Source: an uncultured virus (IMG/VR IMGVR_UViG_3300005617_000177) (Duplodnaviria; Heunggongvirae; Uroviricota; Caudoviricetes). Taken from it: a stretch of 64,000 nucleotides of DNA. The stretch lies in IMG/VR virus record IMGVR_UViG_3300005617_000177, one strand, 5' to 3'. Made by a program: the position numbers and the translations under genes. Shown here piece by piece: positions 56,287 to 64,000 of the stretch (position 1 is its first letter; each line of letters starts with the position of its first letter). Under the pieces are notes generated by a model, which saw only the letters and a list, made by a program, of their open reading frames with translations, was not told the DNA's origin and made no database searches.

Positions 56287-57480
56287 TCAAAAAGGAATTT
56301 CTTCGTCGTCTGCCGCACTCACCGTTGCCGCCATTGCTGCTATTGGCGCAGGTGGTTGCCGAGATTCAGATCCCCGGGTTGTTCGAGATTGGGCTGCGCT
56401 GGCTGGAGCCGCTTGCTGCTTTAGATTATCGGCTTCCAGTTTCAGGTGGTCGATCAATATGCTCGCCCCTGCTTGCGTCAGGTTAAAGATCGTTGAATCA
56501 TCGGTGCCGCCTTTGAGTTGCCCGGCCCCGCGCAACACGGCCAATTCAACATCGGGATCCTGATCGACCTTCTCGGCCAACTCTTTGATGCGTTCCATCT
56601 GTGCATCGGTTGCGAGTTTATCAGCATCTTCTGTGAAGTGTCCGGCTTCGGCGGCTTTGCTGCTGGACAATTCCTTGACCATGCCGCCATACGTATCGAT
56701 CCATTCTACGATCGTTTTGATTCGTTCGCTCCCGTCGTTCTTCTTTGGGATGTAGAGCTTCTTCAACTCATCAAGGTTGTCCGCAAACATCTTGAGAGTC
56801 GATACGCCCGTTCGACCGTCCTTTGTTGTTCGCAGGCCGCGTTCTTCCAGATCTTGAACAGGACACGCCCACGAAACGTCAGGAGATTTCCCAACCAGCA
56901 TCGGTCTATGCTTCACCGGGAGCAGAAATTGATTATAGGAAAGCGACTTTGCAGTCGGATTCTTCCTCTTGTGTTCGGCGGTCGCAGCGCCGACAACATA
57001 GCGCAGAAAGTTCCGAACGTGAGCACACATCCGATATCCATTCGACTTGCCGCTGTACTTGATCCTGAATGGCTTCGATGGCGACCAGAACTGCCAGATA
57101 CCGGCTATGAGATAGAACGCAACCTTTCCCGATTGCTCGCTTGTCCACGCGACCGGACCCCGATCATCGTGGTCGAAGGCGACCACGGTCAGATGGTAGT
57201 TCGGTAGAATCCATCCTTCTTGTCGCTTGAATCCCCCCGGCGAGTCTTCATCCAGATGATCTATGACGAGTCTCTTTGCGTACTTCTCGTCAATTATCGC
57301 ATCATCGGGAACCTGACTGTCCGGAATGAAAAGTCCTCCGTTTTCGCCTTTGGAGTCCTTGTCGTTGTGAATGTAAATGATCGGCAGTTCCAGTCTGGCT
57401 TCTACAGCCGCTTTGTCGTGCCGACCTTCGTCTCCGAAGTAGCTATCAACGCCAGAGGCGTCATCTCTAGGTTCGTCCAT
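56287..57480 (-). CDS. Putative ssDNA-binding/annealing protein
   Basis: SSB-type acidic tip DDEEIPF; ATDAQ...LTQAGASILID helical motif of annealing proteins. Confidence 0.5.
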   Translation of the reverse strand: MDEPRDDASGVDSYFGDEGRHDKAAVEARLELPIIYIHNDKDSKGENGGLFIPDSQVPDDAIIDEKYAKRLVIDHLDEDSPGGFKRQEGWILPNYHLTVVAFDHDDRGPVAWTSEQSGKVAFYLIAGIWQFWSPSKPFRIKYSGKSNGYRMCAHVRNFLRYVVGAATAEHKRKNPTAKSLSYNQFLLPVKHRPMLVGKSPDVSWACPVQDLEERGLRTTKDGRTGVSTLKMFADNLDELKKLYIPKKNDGSERIKTIVEWIDTYGGMVKELSSSKAAEAGHFTEDADKLATDAQMERIKELAEKVDQDPDVELAVLRGAGQLKGGTDDSTIFNLTQAGASILIDHLKLEADNLKQQAAPASAAQSRTTRGSESRQPPAPIAAMAATVSAADDEEIPF

Positions 57481-57493
57481 GGGTTTGTCTACC

Positions 57494-57567
57494 TTTCGTC
57501 ACAATTTTCGTCACCAAATTTTGTCACTAATAGATCCCATCTTGAACCTACTACAGTCCGCTGTCAA
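57494..57567 (-). promoter_or_regulatory. Sigma70-like promoter TTGACA-N17-CAAGAT followed by three GTGAC(G/A)AAA direct repeats
   Basis: -35 at 57562-57567, -10 at 57539-57544; repeats at 57494, 57506, 57519. Confidence 0.6.
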
Positions 57568-57596
57568 TTCTTTTAATCCTGCTCACTACGAAGCAG

Positions 57597-57815
57597 TTAG
57601 TAATCGCAGCTATACACTTCGCCAGTCATGAAGTTCCAAAAGATACAGAACGATCTGTTCTTTAACTCGCTGCGTTCATCGACTTCATACTCACAATACA
57701 ACTCGACATCGAATGGACTATTGCCACACTCGGCGTGCGCTTTCCGACTCGGACTTCCAAACACCAACATCAACACTGCTGCAATCAGCACCAGCTTCCT
57801 CAAGGTATTCTTCAT
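57597..57815 (-). CDS. Small secreted Cys-containing protein
   Basis: Signal-peptide-like N-terminus ending AHA; four Cys. Confidence 0.55.
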   Translation of the reverse strand: MKNTLRKLVLIAAVLMLVFGSPSRKAHAECGNSPFDVELYCEYEVDERSELKNRSFCIFWNFMTGEVYSCDY

Positions 57816-58069
57816 GAGTTTCCTTTCTCTTCACTACGAAGCATTCGTCTAATATTCTCAGTTATCTCGTGTTGAATTCTGAGAACCTCTTTGTCTTTCA
57901 GGAAGTCTGCGGTTGGACCTCCCTCAATGGGCATCACTCTGCAACCGATAGCGCAGGCGAGGCGTGCATGACGAGGGCAGAATGGATAGTGACTTCCGGT
58001 CTCGTAATACACAGCCTCTTCCCCGCAATCATCCCAATTCTTATGCTCGATTAGCCACGAACAGGTCAC
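57812..58069 (-). CDS. Cys-rich hypothetical protein
   Basis: 85 aa, coupled to neighbours. Confidence 0.5.
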   Translation of the reverse strand: MTCSWLIEHKNWDDCGEEAVYYETGSHYPFCPRHARLACAIGCRVMPIEGGPTADFLKDKEVLRIQHEITENIRRMLRSEEKGNS

Positions 58070-58731
58070 TACTTCCCTTTCTTGCTGTGCTCGTCGTCTT
58101 CAAGCATCTCTCTCTGTACTTGGCTGTATTGAAGATCCGCAGCGTTGCTGCTCTTTCGATACGAGGCCACGTTTGCCGATGCGACTTTCATAGCCGTAGC
58201 TCCTTGCGCTCTAGAGAAGTTGGCGGCTGCTGCTGCGGGGATCCCGATGTCGGCTGCGGCCGCAAATGCGTCCTGGCTGGCGCCGAGATACACAAACTGC
58301 CATTTATACACGTCATGCTGATGGGCGGTCATCTCTCGAATTTGTATCGCGGTGAATTCTCGACTGTGATTCTCCAGCCCATCGGTGTAGATGCAGAACA
58401 CAACCTTATCGGGTCTGTCCTGTTCCGGTATCGCGGACAATCGAGCCCCGGTCTTGATAATGGTTTGACCCAAGGCGTCTCGAAGAGGCGTCATAGCACC
58501 GGGAATGAAGGTGTCGGGTGTGAGCAGCTTGGCGTCCTTGATTGGGACGGCATCCTGTACAGTATCAATCGACTGGCTGTCGAACTGGACCAGGGTGAAG
58601 ACAGCGTTGTCTCCGATCTCCTGTTGCTGCTTGACGAATTGATTGAATCCTCCAATGACGTCAGTCTTGATGTCATTCATAGATCCAGAGCGGTCAAGTA
58701 AGACCGTTATGTCGGTTGAGTCTTTGGCCAT
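58069..58731 (-). CDS. von Willebrand factor A (MIDAS) domain protein
   Basis: LLDRSGSM, TPLRDA, YTDGLENHS, YLGA. Confidence 0.88.
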   Translation of the reverse strand: MAKDSTDITVLLDRSGSMNDIKTDVIGGFNQFVKQQQEIGDNAVFTLVQFDSQSIDTVQDAVPIKDAKLLTPDTFIPGAMTPLRDALGQTIIKTGARLSAIPEQDRPDKVVFCIYTDGLENHSREFTAIQIREMTAHQHDVYKWQFVYLGASQDAFAAAADIGIPAAAAANFSRAQGATAMKVASANVASYRKSSNAADLQYSQVQREMLEDDEHSKKGK

Positions 58732-58738
58732 GTTTCTC

Positions 58739-59347
58739 CTATAGCGGTTGAGTGGTGACTATGCGCTGTCCGAGCCATCGGACTTCTGTGATGCCGAAAC
58801 AGGCCCCTCGAGATTCAGCATCGAAGGCGAAGACTTTATCTCCCGACCCCCAATTACTGACTACCTCCCGGTTCCCGTCTCTATTAACCTTGATCCTGAA
58901 ATTGCTGAAGTGAAGCTGCGCTCCAATCAAGCCCATAGTAGCAAACAACAAAGCGTGATAAGAAGCACCACAGACTGTACACCGAAGCCAAGTATCCAGC
59001 TTCGCTGGTTGGTCCGGATCCCAATCCAGTACTCCCTCACAGTCGATGTGTGGACCATCTATGAGACTCGGATTGTATTCAGGGTTATCAAAGTCGGGGG
59101 CCCCTTCCCGTGTCAGGGCGAGAGACCCCTCCACTCGCAGTGACATGCGAGTTACCGGATATTTGCGGTGCCTCAAAAAGCAGGGAATGTACCGTCGCTG
59201 ATTCGCTTTCGGACATCGCGCATTTCGACACACCACAAAGAAACTTTTGTCAGTACGAACAAACAGAGAGAGTTCACCACAACCATCGCAAAGCCTGCCG
59301 AGGTCGAATGGAACAGTGTGTTCTGTTTTTAATAGCGGCGCGAACAT
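58739..59347 (-). CDS. Cys-rich hypothetical protein
   Basis: 202 aa, several CxxC. Confidence 0.55.
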   Translation of the reverse strand: MFAPLLKTEHTVPFDLGRLCDGCGELSLFVRTDKSFFVVCRNARCPKANQRRYIPCFLRHRKYPVTRMSLRVEGSLALTREGAPDFDNPEYNPSLIDGPHIDCEGVLDWDPDQPAKLDTWLRCTVCGASYHALLFATMGLIGAQLHFSNFRIKVNRDGNREVVSNWGSGDKVFAFDAESRGACFGITEVRWLGQRIVTTQPL

Positions 59348-59361
59348 GTTTTACGAGTGAG

Positions 59362-59390
59362 ACAATAAATCAAACCTTGATCGGAGTCAA
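59362..59390 (-). promoter_or_regulatory. Sigma70-like promoter TTGACT-N17-TATTGT overlapping a 6-bp hairpin
   Basis: 17-nt spacer; followed by ACTCGTAAAACA and the ATG of 59347. Confidence 0.5.
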
Positions 59391-59743
59391 GGGAAATCTA
59401 AAGGATGGATATAAAAAGGCATCTTCCGTGCTCTGGCCTTTCTGATGATGTCGTATGTTCCGTCAGACGTCAGCTTAGGGTGCGGAATTGCGATAAGCGC
59501 TTCACCGGCCTTAATCATTTCCGCGTTGCGAATTGGGCCGGCGCGCTTGCCGTATTTAGTCCAGTCGGCGGGATGTGGTTCGACAGGGATACCTCTCGAT
59601 TCAGCCCATTCTCTTGCGGTTAAATCGATTCCCCAATACTCACCTTCAATGAGTAAAGTGATCTGAAAGCCAGAGGCCCGAACAGCATCATCAACGATCT
59701 GTTCGTCCGCAATGAATCTCGAGCCTGCGATTATGACTTTGAT
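59387..59743 (-). CDS. SLOG/YspA (DUF2493-like) protein with apparent ATC start
   Basis: Hand translation (I/M)KVIIAGSRF...GIDLTAREWA...HPADWTKYGKRAGPIRNAEM...GTYDII; GAGGA SD 6 nt before ATC. Confidence 0.78.
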   Translation of the reverse strand: MKVIIAGSRFIADEQIVDDAVRASGFQITLLIEGEYWGIDLTAREWAESRGIPVEPHPADWTKYGKRAGPIRNAEMIKAGEALIAIPHPKLTSDGTYDIIRKARARKMPFYIHPLDFP

Positions 59744-60000
59744 TTCGATTCCTCGTCGGGTCTGAGTTGTCTGTGCTGCTTGAATATCAAGTTGGCCTGC
59801 TCAGTTCTTAACGAAGCTGAGATCATAAAGCCTTTACCACAAAGTCGGCATAGATATTCAGGCGCTTTGAACTCCCAGGATGGGCGTCCACCTACTCTGC
59901 GATTCGGATCTTCGTGATCCTTGCGGTACAAATCTCGTTCAAGCGTTTCCGTTCCGCACCAGGGACACCACGTTGCCCCGGTGTATGTTTTGTTGCCCAT
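59731..60000 (-). CDS. Zinc-ribbon hypothetical protein
   Basis: CPWCG...CRLCG. Confidence 0.55.
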   Translation of the reverse strand: MGNKTYTGATWCPWCGTETLERDLYRKDHEDPNRRVGGRPSWEFKAPEYLCRLCGKGFMISASLRTEQANLIFKQHRQLRPDEESKSKS

Positions 60001-60431
60001 TAGCAGGTAAAAGCTGGTCCTGTTCCGAAAGCAGTCGCAAGTGCGAGAGCCTTTTCTTCGGCTTGGCTCTTAGCTTCCTCCAGCGTCTCTGCTTGATGTG
60101 TGTCGCCTACGAATGTGAGATCAGCGATATAGAATCCCAAGTCGATACAGTACTCCCATCCCACTTCGGCTTCTTGTACTCTTAAAAAGATCGTGACTTT
60201 CGACTCGCCAAACGTAGTCCCCGATACAGGATCATACGCGTGAACAACCTGTCCGATATTTATCTCGGCGGCATGAAATGGAGTATCGCCCAGGGAGCCT
60301 CCAACATATACCGATTTTGCTTCTATGCCAGCATTAGCCCACGCCTGTTCGATTCCTTCTTTTATTGCTTCTGCACTATATTCCGGTGATGTCGGATCAA
60401 CGTAATGCCAATCTATAGCAATTGTATTCAA
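60000..60431 (-). CDS. Hypothetical protein
   Basis: 143 aa, TTG start with AGGAG SD. Confidence 0.6.
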   Translation of the reverse strand: MNTIAIDWHYVDPTSPEYSAEAIKEGIEQAWANAGIEAKSVYVGGSLGDTPFHAAEINIGQVVHAYDPVSGTTFGESKVTIFLRVQEAEVGWEYCIDLGFYIADLTFVGDTHQAETLEEAKSQAEEKALALATAFGTGPAFTC

Positions 60432-60449
60432 GTGGCTCCTGTGTATTCA

Positions 60450-60636
60450 ATCTTGGACGGCCCGATGCCCGATTCTCCGCGGGCGCCTCCCGCTCCGAGG
60501 ATCGCTATCATACCCCGGTATTATCGACGTTGCCACGGGTGTGCTAATTTCAGCCGGGTTCGAAGTGGCTGGACCGAAGTCTTAATCGTGTCTACCAAGG
60601 GTGGTTAGCCCTCTGTATCTACACCACGTCCAAGAT
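60450..60636 (-). ncRNA. Candidate ~187-nt structured RNA
   Basis: Intergenic; perfect 10-bp terminal stem ATCTTGGACG/CGTCCAAGAT; inner GAC-TTCG-GTC, CAGCC/GGCTG, GCGGG/CCCGC and AGGG/CCCT hairpins. Confidence 0.5.
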
Positions 60637-60644
60637 CGAGACCG

Positions 60645-61127
60645 TTACTTCGAGGTTTTGTACTTCGTGCCCCAGACCGGTTCATTGGAGAAATTAACAA
60701 TGACGGCGATCTGTGGTCCTGCGGTCGGAACCTGGGGTGCGTTGTCTCTTATGTGAGAGGCAAGATAATGCAACCCAATGTCCGCAATGGCCAGCGAGGC
60801 CAGTATCGTCGTTTTCTGGCTGGCGGTCAGTTGATTGATGTCTTCATTCACAATACTAGAGAATGTAGGAATCAACTGAGAGAGCAGGGCTACTGCTTCG
60901 GTGGTCTGGCTTGCGGCGACCGCATCCTTCAGCTTTGTGGCTATCGTAATAGCCTGATCGAACTTCACTCCCGATCTCGGTAGAAGCTGATTGATCAAGG
61001 GGCGCGCGGCCGTGAGTGCTGTCAGAACATCATTGGCATTGCTAACAAGACTCTGTTTCGAACACGTCGCGGCGACGGTGCTCAGAAGAAGAACTGCGCT
61101 GAGAACTATTGAGGTACTTCTTTTCAT
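60645..61127 (-). CDS. Putative lipoprotein/membrane protein
   Basis: MKR + hydrophobic stretch + VAATC lipobox-like; helical body. Confidence 0.55.
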   Translation of the reverse strand: MKRSTSIVLSAVLLLSTVAATCSKQSLVSNANDVLTALTAARPLINQLLPRSGVKFDQAITIATKLKDAVAASQTTEAVALLSQLIPTFSSIVNEDINQLTASQKTTILASLAIADIGLHYLASHIRDNAPQVPTAGPQIAVIVNFSNEPVWGTKYKTSK

Positions 61128-61136
61128 ATATCTCCC

Positions 61137-62192
61137 TTAAAGTTCGCTTACTCGAACTCTCTTTCCCTGCATTTTCTTTATGGTGGCGGTATCGGTCCCG
61201 ATGTCTCGAGAAATCAGAATGCTTCCGCCCATCTTCACTTTGTCCAGAACACCAGTAAAAGACGCCTTATCCGGTGTGGGAGGTTCGGGCTTTGGCGGCT
61301 CCGGCTTTGGTGGTTCTGGTTTCGGCGGCTCCGGCTTTGGTGGCTCCGGCTGCGGTACTACTTTCTCGGCGGTGAGAACTCGCCCTTCCCAGAATGGACC
61401 ATTCTGCATCTGGAAGTATTCGAAGGGGACTGCAAAGTCGCCGGGTCGCATCTGGAATCCGAACTGTGCGGCATCAGCAGACCAGCCGGTACTCCAGGAG
61501 TTGGCACATAATACGAACCCAGGAACTACAGCCCATGCCAGAAACGCGTGGCCTGCGGATGTGAACTGTCGAATACCAGCAGGTAGTTTCCCACCTTTGG
61601 GATTGAACCAGGCATCCGGCCAGGCGCTTGCCAGGGCAACAGCTTTATTTTGATTGATCGCATTCCAGATGTGTTCAAGGAATGTTCCACCCGAAGGATA
61701 GAAAGGCAAATGGGAGAACTCATAGTCTGCTCCCTCATCCCATTTGTAATTATCATACGCGTAGGTTGCGCTATCGACATAGCCGGTCTCAGCCGTCAAT
61801 AACGGTGATCCCAATAGAAGCTGATCGAGATTATCAGCTAGATAGGATCCACTATCTTGCGGAAACCAGCCCTGCTTGATTCTGGATTGTGCGTAGAGCG
61901 GCCCGGGATTGATTGTCTTGGCCACTCGACCGGGATTCGCAGCGTTGTATACCAGTTCGACACCTGACTTTGAAGTACAAGAAGCGCAGCTTCCGATGCC
62001 ACCTTGATAGAAGATGGCAGGGCGCGGATCGAAGTCGGGACGCACCATAGATGTTGCTATGTTCAGATCGGCGATAGCCGGTGGAGGGGCGAAGAGGGAC
62101 CATTTGTATTTGTCTTCAGATTCCGTCCTGGGGCGAACATTCGCTCCCAGACAAAGAACTAAGCCGTCCTGATTCCTCTTGTCTAGTTCCAT
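61137..62192 (-). CDS. Papain-like C1 cysteine peptidase with PEPPK linker
   Basis: QGGIGSC (Cys), GHAF (His), ANSW (Asn). Confidence 0.85.
   Translation of the reverse strand: MELDKRNQDGLVLCLGANVRPRTESEDKYKWSLFAPPPAIADLNIATSMVRPDFDPRPAIFYQGGIGSCASCTSKSGVELVYNAANPGRVAKTINPGPLYAQSRIKQGWFPQDSGSYLADNLDQLLLGSPLLTAETGYVDSATYAYDNYKWDEGADYEFSHLPFYPSGGTFLEHIWNAINQNKAVALASAWPDAWFNPKGGKLPAGIRQFTSAGHAFLAWAVVPGFVLCANSWSTGWSADAAQFGFQMRPGDFAVPFEYFQMQNGPFWEGRVLTAEKVVPQPEPPKPEPPKPEPPKPEPPKPEPPTPDKASFTGVLDKVKMGGSILISRDIGTDTATIKKMQGKRVRVSEL
61275..61349 (-). repeat. 15-bp coding tandem repeat (PEPPK x4 + PEPPT)
   Basis: Five degenerate 15-nt units; ends approximate. Confidence 0.85.
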
Positions 62193-62194
62193 TG

Positions 62195-63718
62195 CTATCC
62201 CCTCATAGCTAAGGCTTCTTCGTGAGCCGTTGGCACGTCAACAATTTTTCGCAGGGCATCTGCCCATTGATGAACATTACTTCTTAGATCAAAATTCGTT
62301 TTTACATATTGATCTGCGGCTGTCAAGTACTTCGCTCTCTTTTCTGAATCATAGATCAGATCGTAGAGTCCGCGTGAGAACTGTTCGGGTGTTCTCGCCT
62401 TGACTGCGCAATCATCCGGAATCGAACTGAATGGTCCTGTGTCGGTCAGAACACAAGCGGCGCCGGCGACAGTGGATTCAATGTACTTGATCGGAGACTT
62501 GGACAGATTGAATTCCAGATTCGGATCGAGCGGACAGATGCAAATGTCCGGTTGTAGAGTAATCAATGTATCGTGAAATAGATGAACATCAACGCCTTTG
62601 ATGTAGCGAATGTTCTCACGACCTTTGACTATAAACTCTGCCGCTCTGATCTTCATTGAGGGGTCGCCGTTCAGATAAAGCTCCGGCGCGCGGCGCAGAT
62701 CGGCCTCGGTGTACTTCTCAGCCCTTGCCAGGACTCCCATTGACATATAAGGATCCAGGAATTTCGGAATGTATCCCATGAATCCTAAGACTATGGTCTT
62801 GCCAATCTTTTCTTCCAGCTTTGCTTTTTTGTTAGTGATGAAATCGGCCAGAGTCTTTGCAGTCCAATTTATGTCGACGTCATGAGTCTCTCCACCGTGC
62901 CAGAGGACGAACAAGAAAGACGACTCTTCTCTCTTCGGAATCGTGAACTTATTAATGTCTATGGCGTTGGGGAGTACGAACGTCTTTTCAGGGAAACCAA
63001 GTTTCTGCGCGAGGTAATCGTTGGATACAAAAATGGCGTCGCTAATATCTCTGAGCCAGGAGACGAATCGACGTTGGGATGCAGTGTAAACGAAGCGAGC
63101 GGCATTGCCGGTTGGCATTCCATCCAGGTCGTCATCAATCTCATAGACTATCTTTGTGCCACCCTGCTTGAGTTTGTTCACTACAGATTGAACGATCGGG
63201 CAAATGTCGTTGCCGTCTCCATAGTTGCCGGCTCCGAACAATCCTCTCTGGACTACAACTATATCGTAGGCTCGCATGGCCTCGTAGTTCAGTTCTGAAC
63301 TGGCTTCGGCCAATATTTCATCTGGATATGTTTCGTTCAGAATGCGAGCCGGTTCAAGACAACGCCAGAAAGCGCAACCACTTGTCCCGTTCTGTAGGAA
63401 ATAAGCGGTGATGCGTTTTTCATTCAGAGTTTTGTATATAGCAGCGTCAAGAAAGTCGGAGCATCGAAGGATCGCTTCTGAATCTAGAATGCCGTAGCCT
63501 TGTGGAGTTGCGAACGCCTGTCGGCCGTGCTGTACTAGAGGCTGTACATATTGATCGTAAATCGTGGCATCTATAACAGACGTAGCTCCACAGTTTGTGA
63601 TCTCGATCATTCCATCGCAGCGGCGTAAGACTTGAGCTCCGGAGAGGATTCTAAGAGCGGCTTGCTTTGCTTCCCGCAATCGGATCGTTGCTCGATCTAT
63701 GCTCAGTTCGGAATTCAT
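62195..63718 (-). CDS. Glycosyltransferase (GT-B/GT4-like)
   Basis: SGCAFWRC, VVQR, YEIDDD, VLPNAID, WHGGETH, FNLSKSPIKYIE. Confidence 0.8.
   Translation of the reverse strand: MNSELSIDRATIRLREAKQAALRILSGAQVLRRCDGMIEITNCGATSVIDATIYDQYVQPLVQHGRQAFATPQGYGILDSEAILRCSDFLDAAIYKTLNEKRITAYFLQNGTSGCAFWRCLEPARILNETYPDEILAEASSELNYEAMRAYDIVVVQRGLFGAGNYGDGNDICPIVQSVVNKLKQGGTKIVYEIDDDLDGMPTGNAARFVYTASQRRFVSWLRDISDAIFVSNDYLAQKLGFPEKTFVLPNAIDINKFTIPKREESSFLFVLWHGGETHDVDINWTAKTLADFITNKKAKLEEKIGKTIVLGFMGYIPKFLDPYMSMGVLARAEKYTEADLRRAPELYLNGDPSMKIRAAEFIVKGRENIRYIKGVDVHLFHDTLITLQPDICICPLDPNLEFNLSKSPIKYIESTVAGAACVLTDTGPFSSIPDDCAVKARTPEQFSRGLYDLIYDSEKRAKYLTAADQYVKTNFDLRSNVHQWADALRKIVDVPTAHEEALAMRG
62993..63005. 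repeat. 13-bp quasi-palindrome, copy 5
   Basis: Inside the GT4-like gene. Confidence 0.6.
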
Positions 63719-63737
63719 TTCCGGCAGTATACCACAA

Positions 63738-64000
63738 TTAAGTCAAACCTGTTCCACTGATAATCCATTCAGTGTCGGCGATCTTCATGGCTGTGGCTAT
63801 GCCGTTCGCGGCAAGAGATCTGTTTCCTGTTGAGCCGGTACCTGCCATAGTCAGAATGTCTGAGACAATCGCAATGGTAACGGTGTTGATCTTGTTGACG
63901 AAGATAATAGTTGTTCCCAGAGGATAGGCAAGATTGACATTATCGGCAATCGTAAACGTTCTAGGATTGTTATCCGATGCCGGATGGAACACGTGCCCAC
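63738..64000 (-). CDS. Partial (5' truncated) fibre-like virion protein C-terminus
   Basis: Frame open to the window edge; YPLGTTI...GNRSLAANGIATAMKIADTEWIISG resembles phage fibre C-terminal domains. Confidence 0.55.
   Translation of the reverse strand, partial: GHVFHPASDNNPRTFTIADNVNLAYPLGTTIIFVNKINTVTIAIVSDILTMAGTGSTGNRSLAANGIATAMKIADTEWIISGTGLT

Noticed and set aside
56518..58701. Long plus-strand ORFs (56518-57207, 57964-58701) and similar antisense ORFs such as 9376-9960 and 18148-18744
   Set aside because: They are shadows of well-supported genes on the opposite strand, with no motifs or SD.
1..64000. Genome-wide TAG reassignment (genetic code 15)
   Set aside because: Long genes are intact under code 11, and many end in TAG followed by an SD and a new gene in another frame; only two internal TAGs were found.
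1..64000. Prophage/integration module or host assignment
   Set aside because: No integrase, repressor, att site or host genes were recognised, and the window ends inside phage genes; lifestyle and host cannot be determined from this sequence.

Overview
The window is most of a tailed dsDNA phage genome (siphovirus-like, probably long non-contractile tail); both ends fall inside genes. The + strand arm (1-41851) holds repeat-rich fibre-like genes, terminase, portal, head, neck and tail genes (with a -1 frameshifted chaperone, a 1899-aa tape measure and a 2250-aa tail-tip protein), a lysis cassette, and a ~9 kb sugar-biosynthesis/glycosyltransferase cluster. The - strand arm (41852-64000) holds replication genes (divergent PolA, primase-like, DnaB-like, exonuclease, SSB/annealing-like), GroES, vWA, SLOG, a Tad2-like gene, a papain-like peptidase and more glycosyltransferases. 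I saw no integrase, repressor, CRISPR array or reverse transcriptase. The best candidate for an undescribed system is a ~1.1 kb module at 41852-42985, mostly missed by the ORF track. It contains an amber (CUA) suppressor tRNA with tRNA-Pyl-like arm geometry, a structured small RNA, a leader Met-Leu-[TAG]-Thr-Lys-Arg-Pro-Pro-stop, an unknown gene, and a Pth2-fold gene with one in-frame TAG. The rest of the genome uses TAG as an ordinary stop. All calls come from reading motifs and gene order by eye; no database searches were run.
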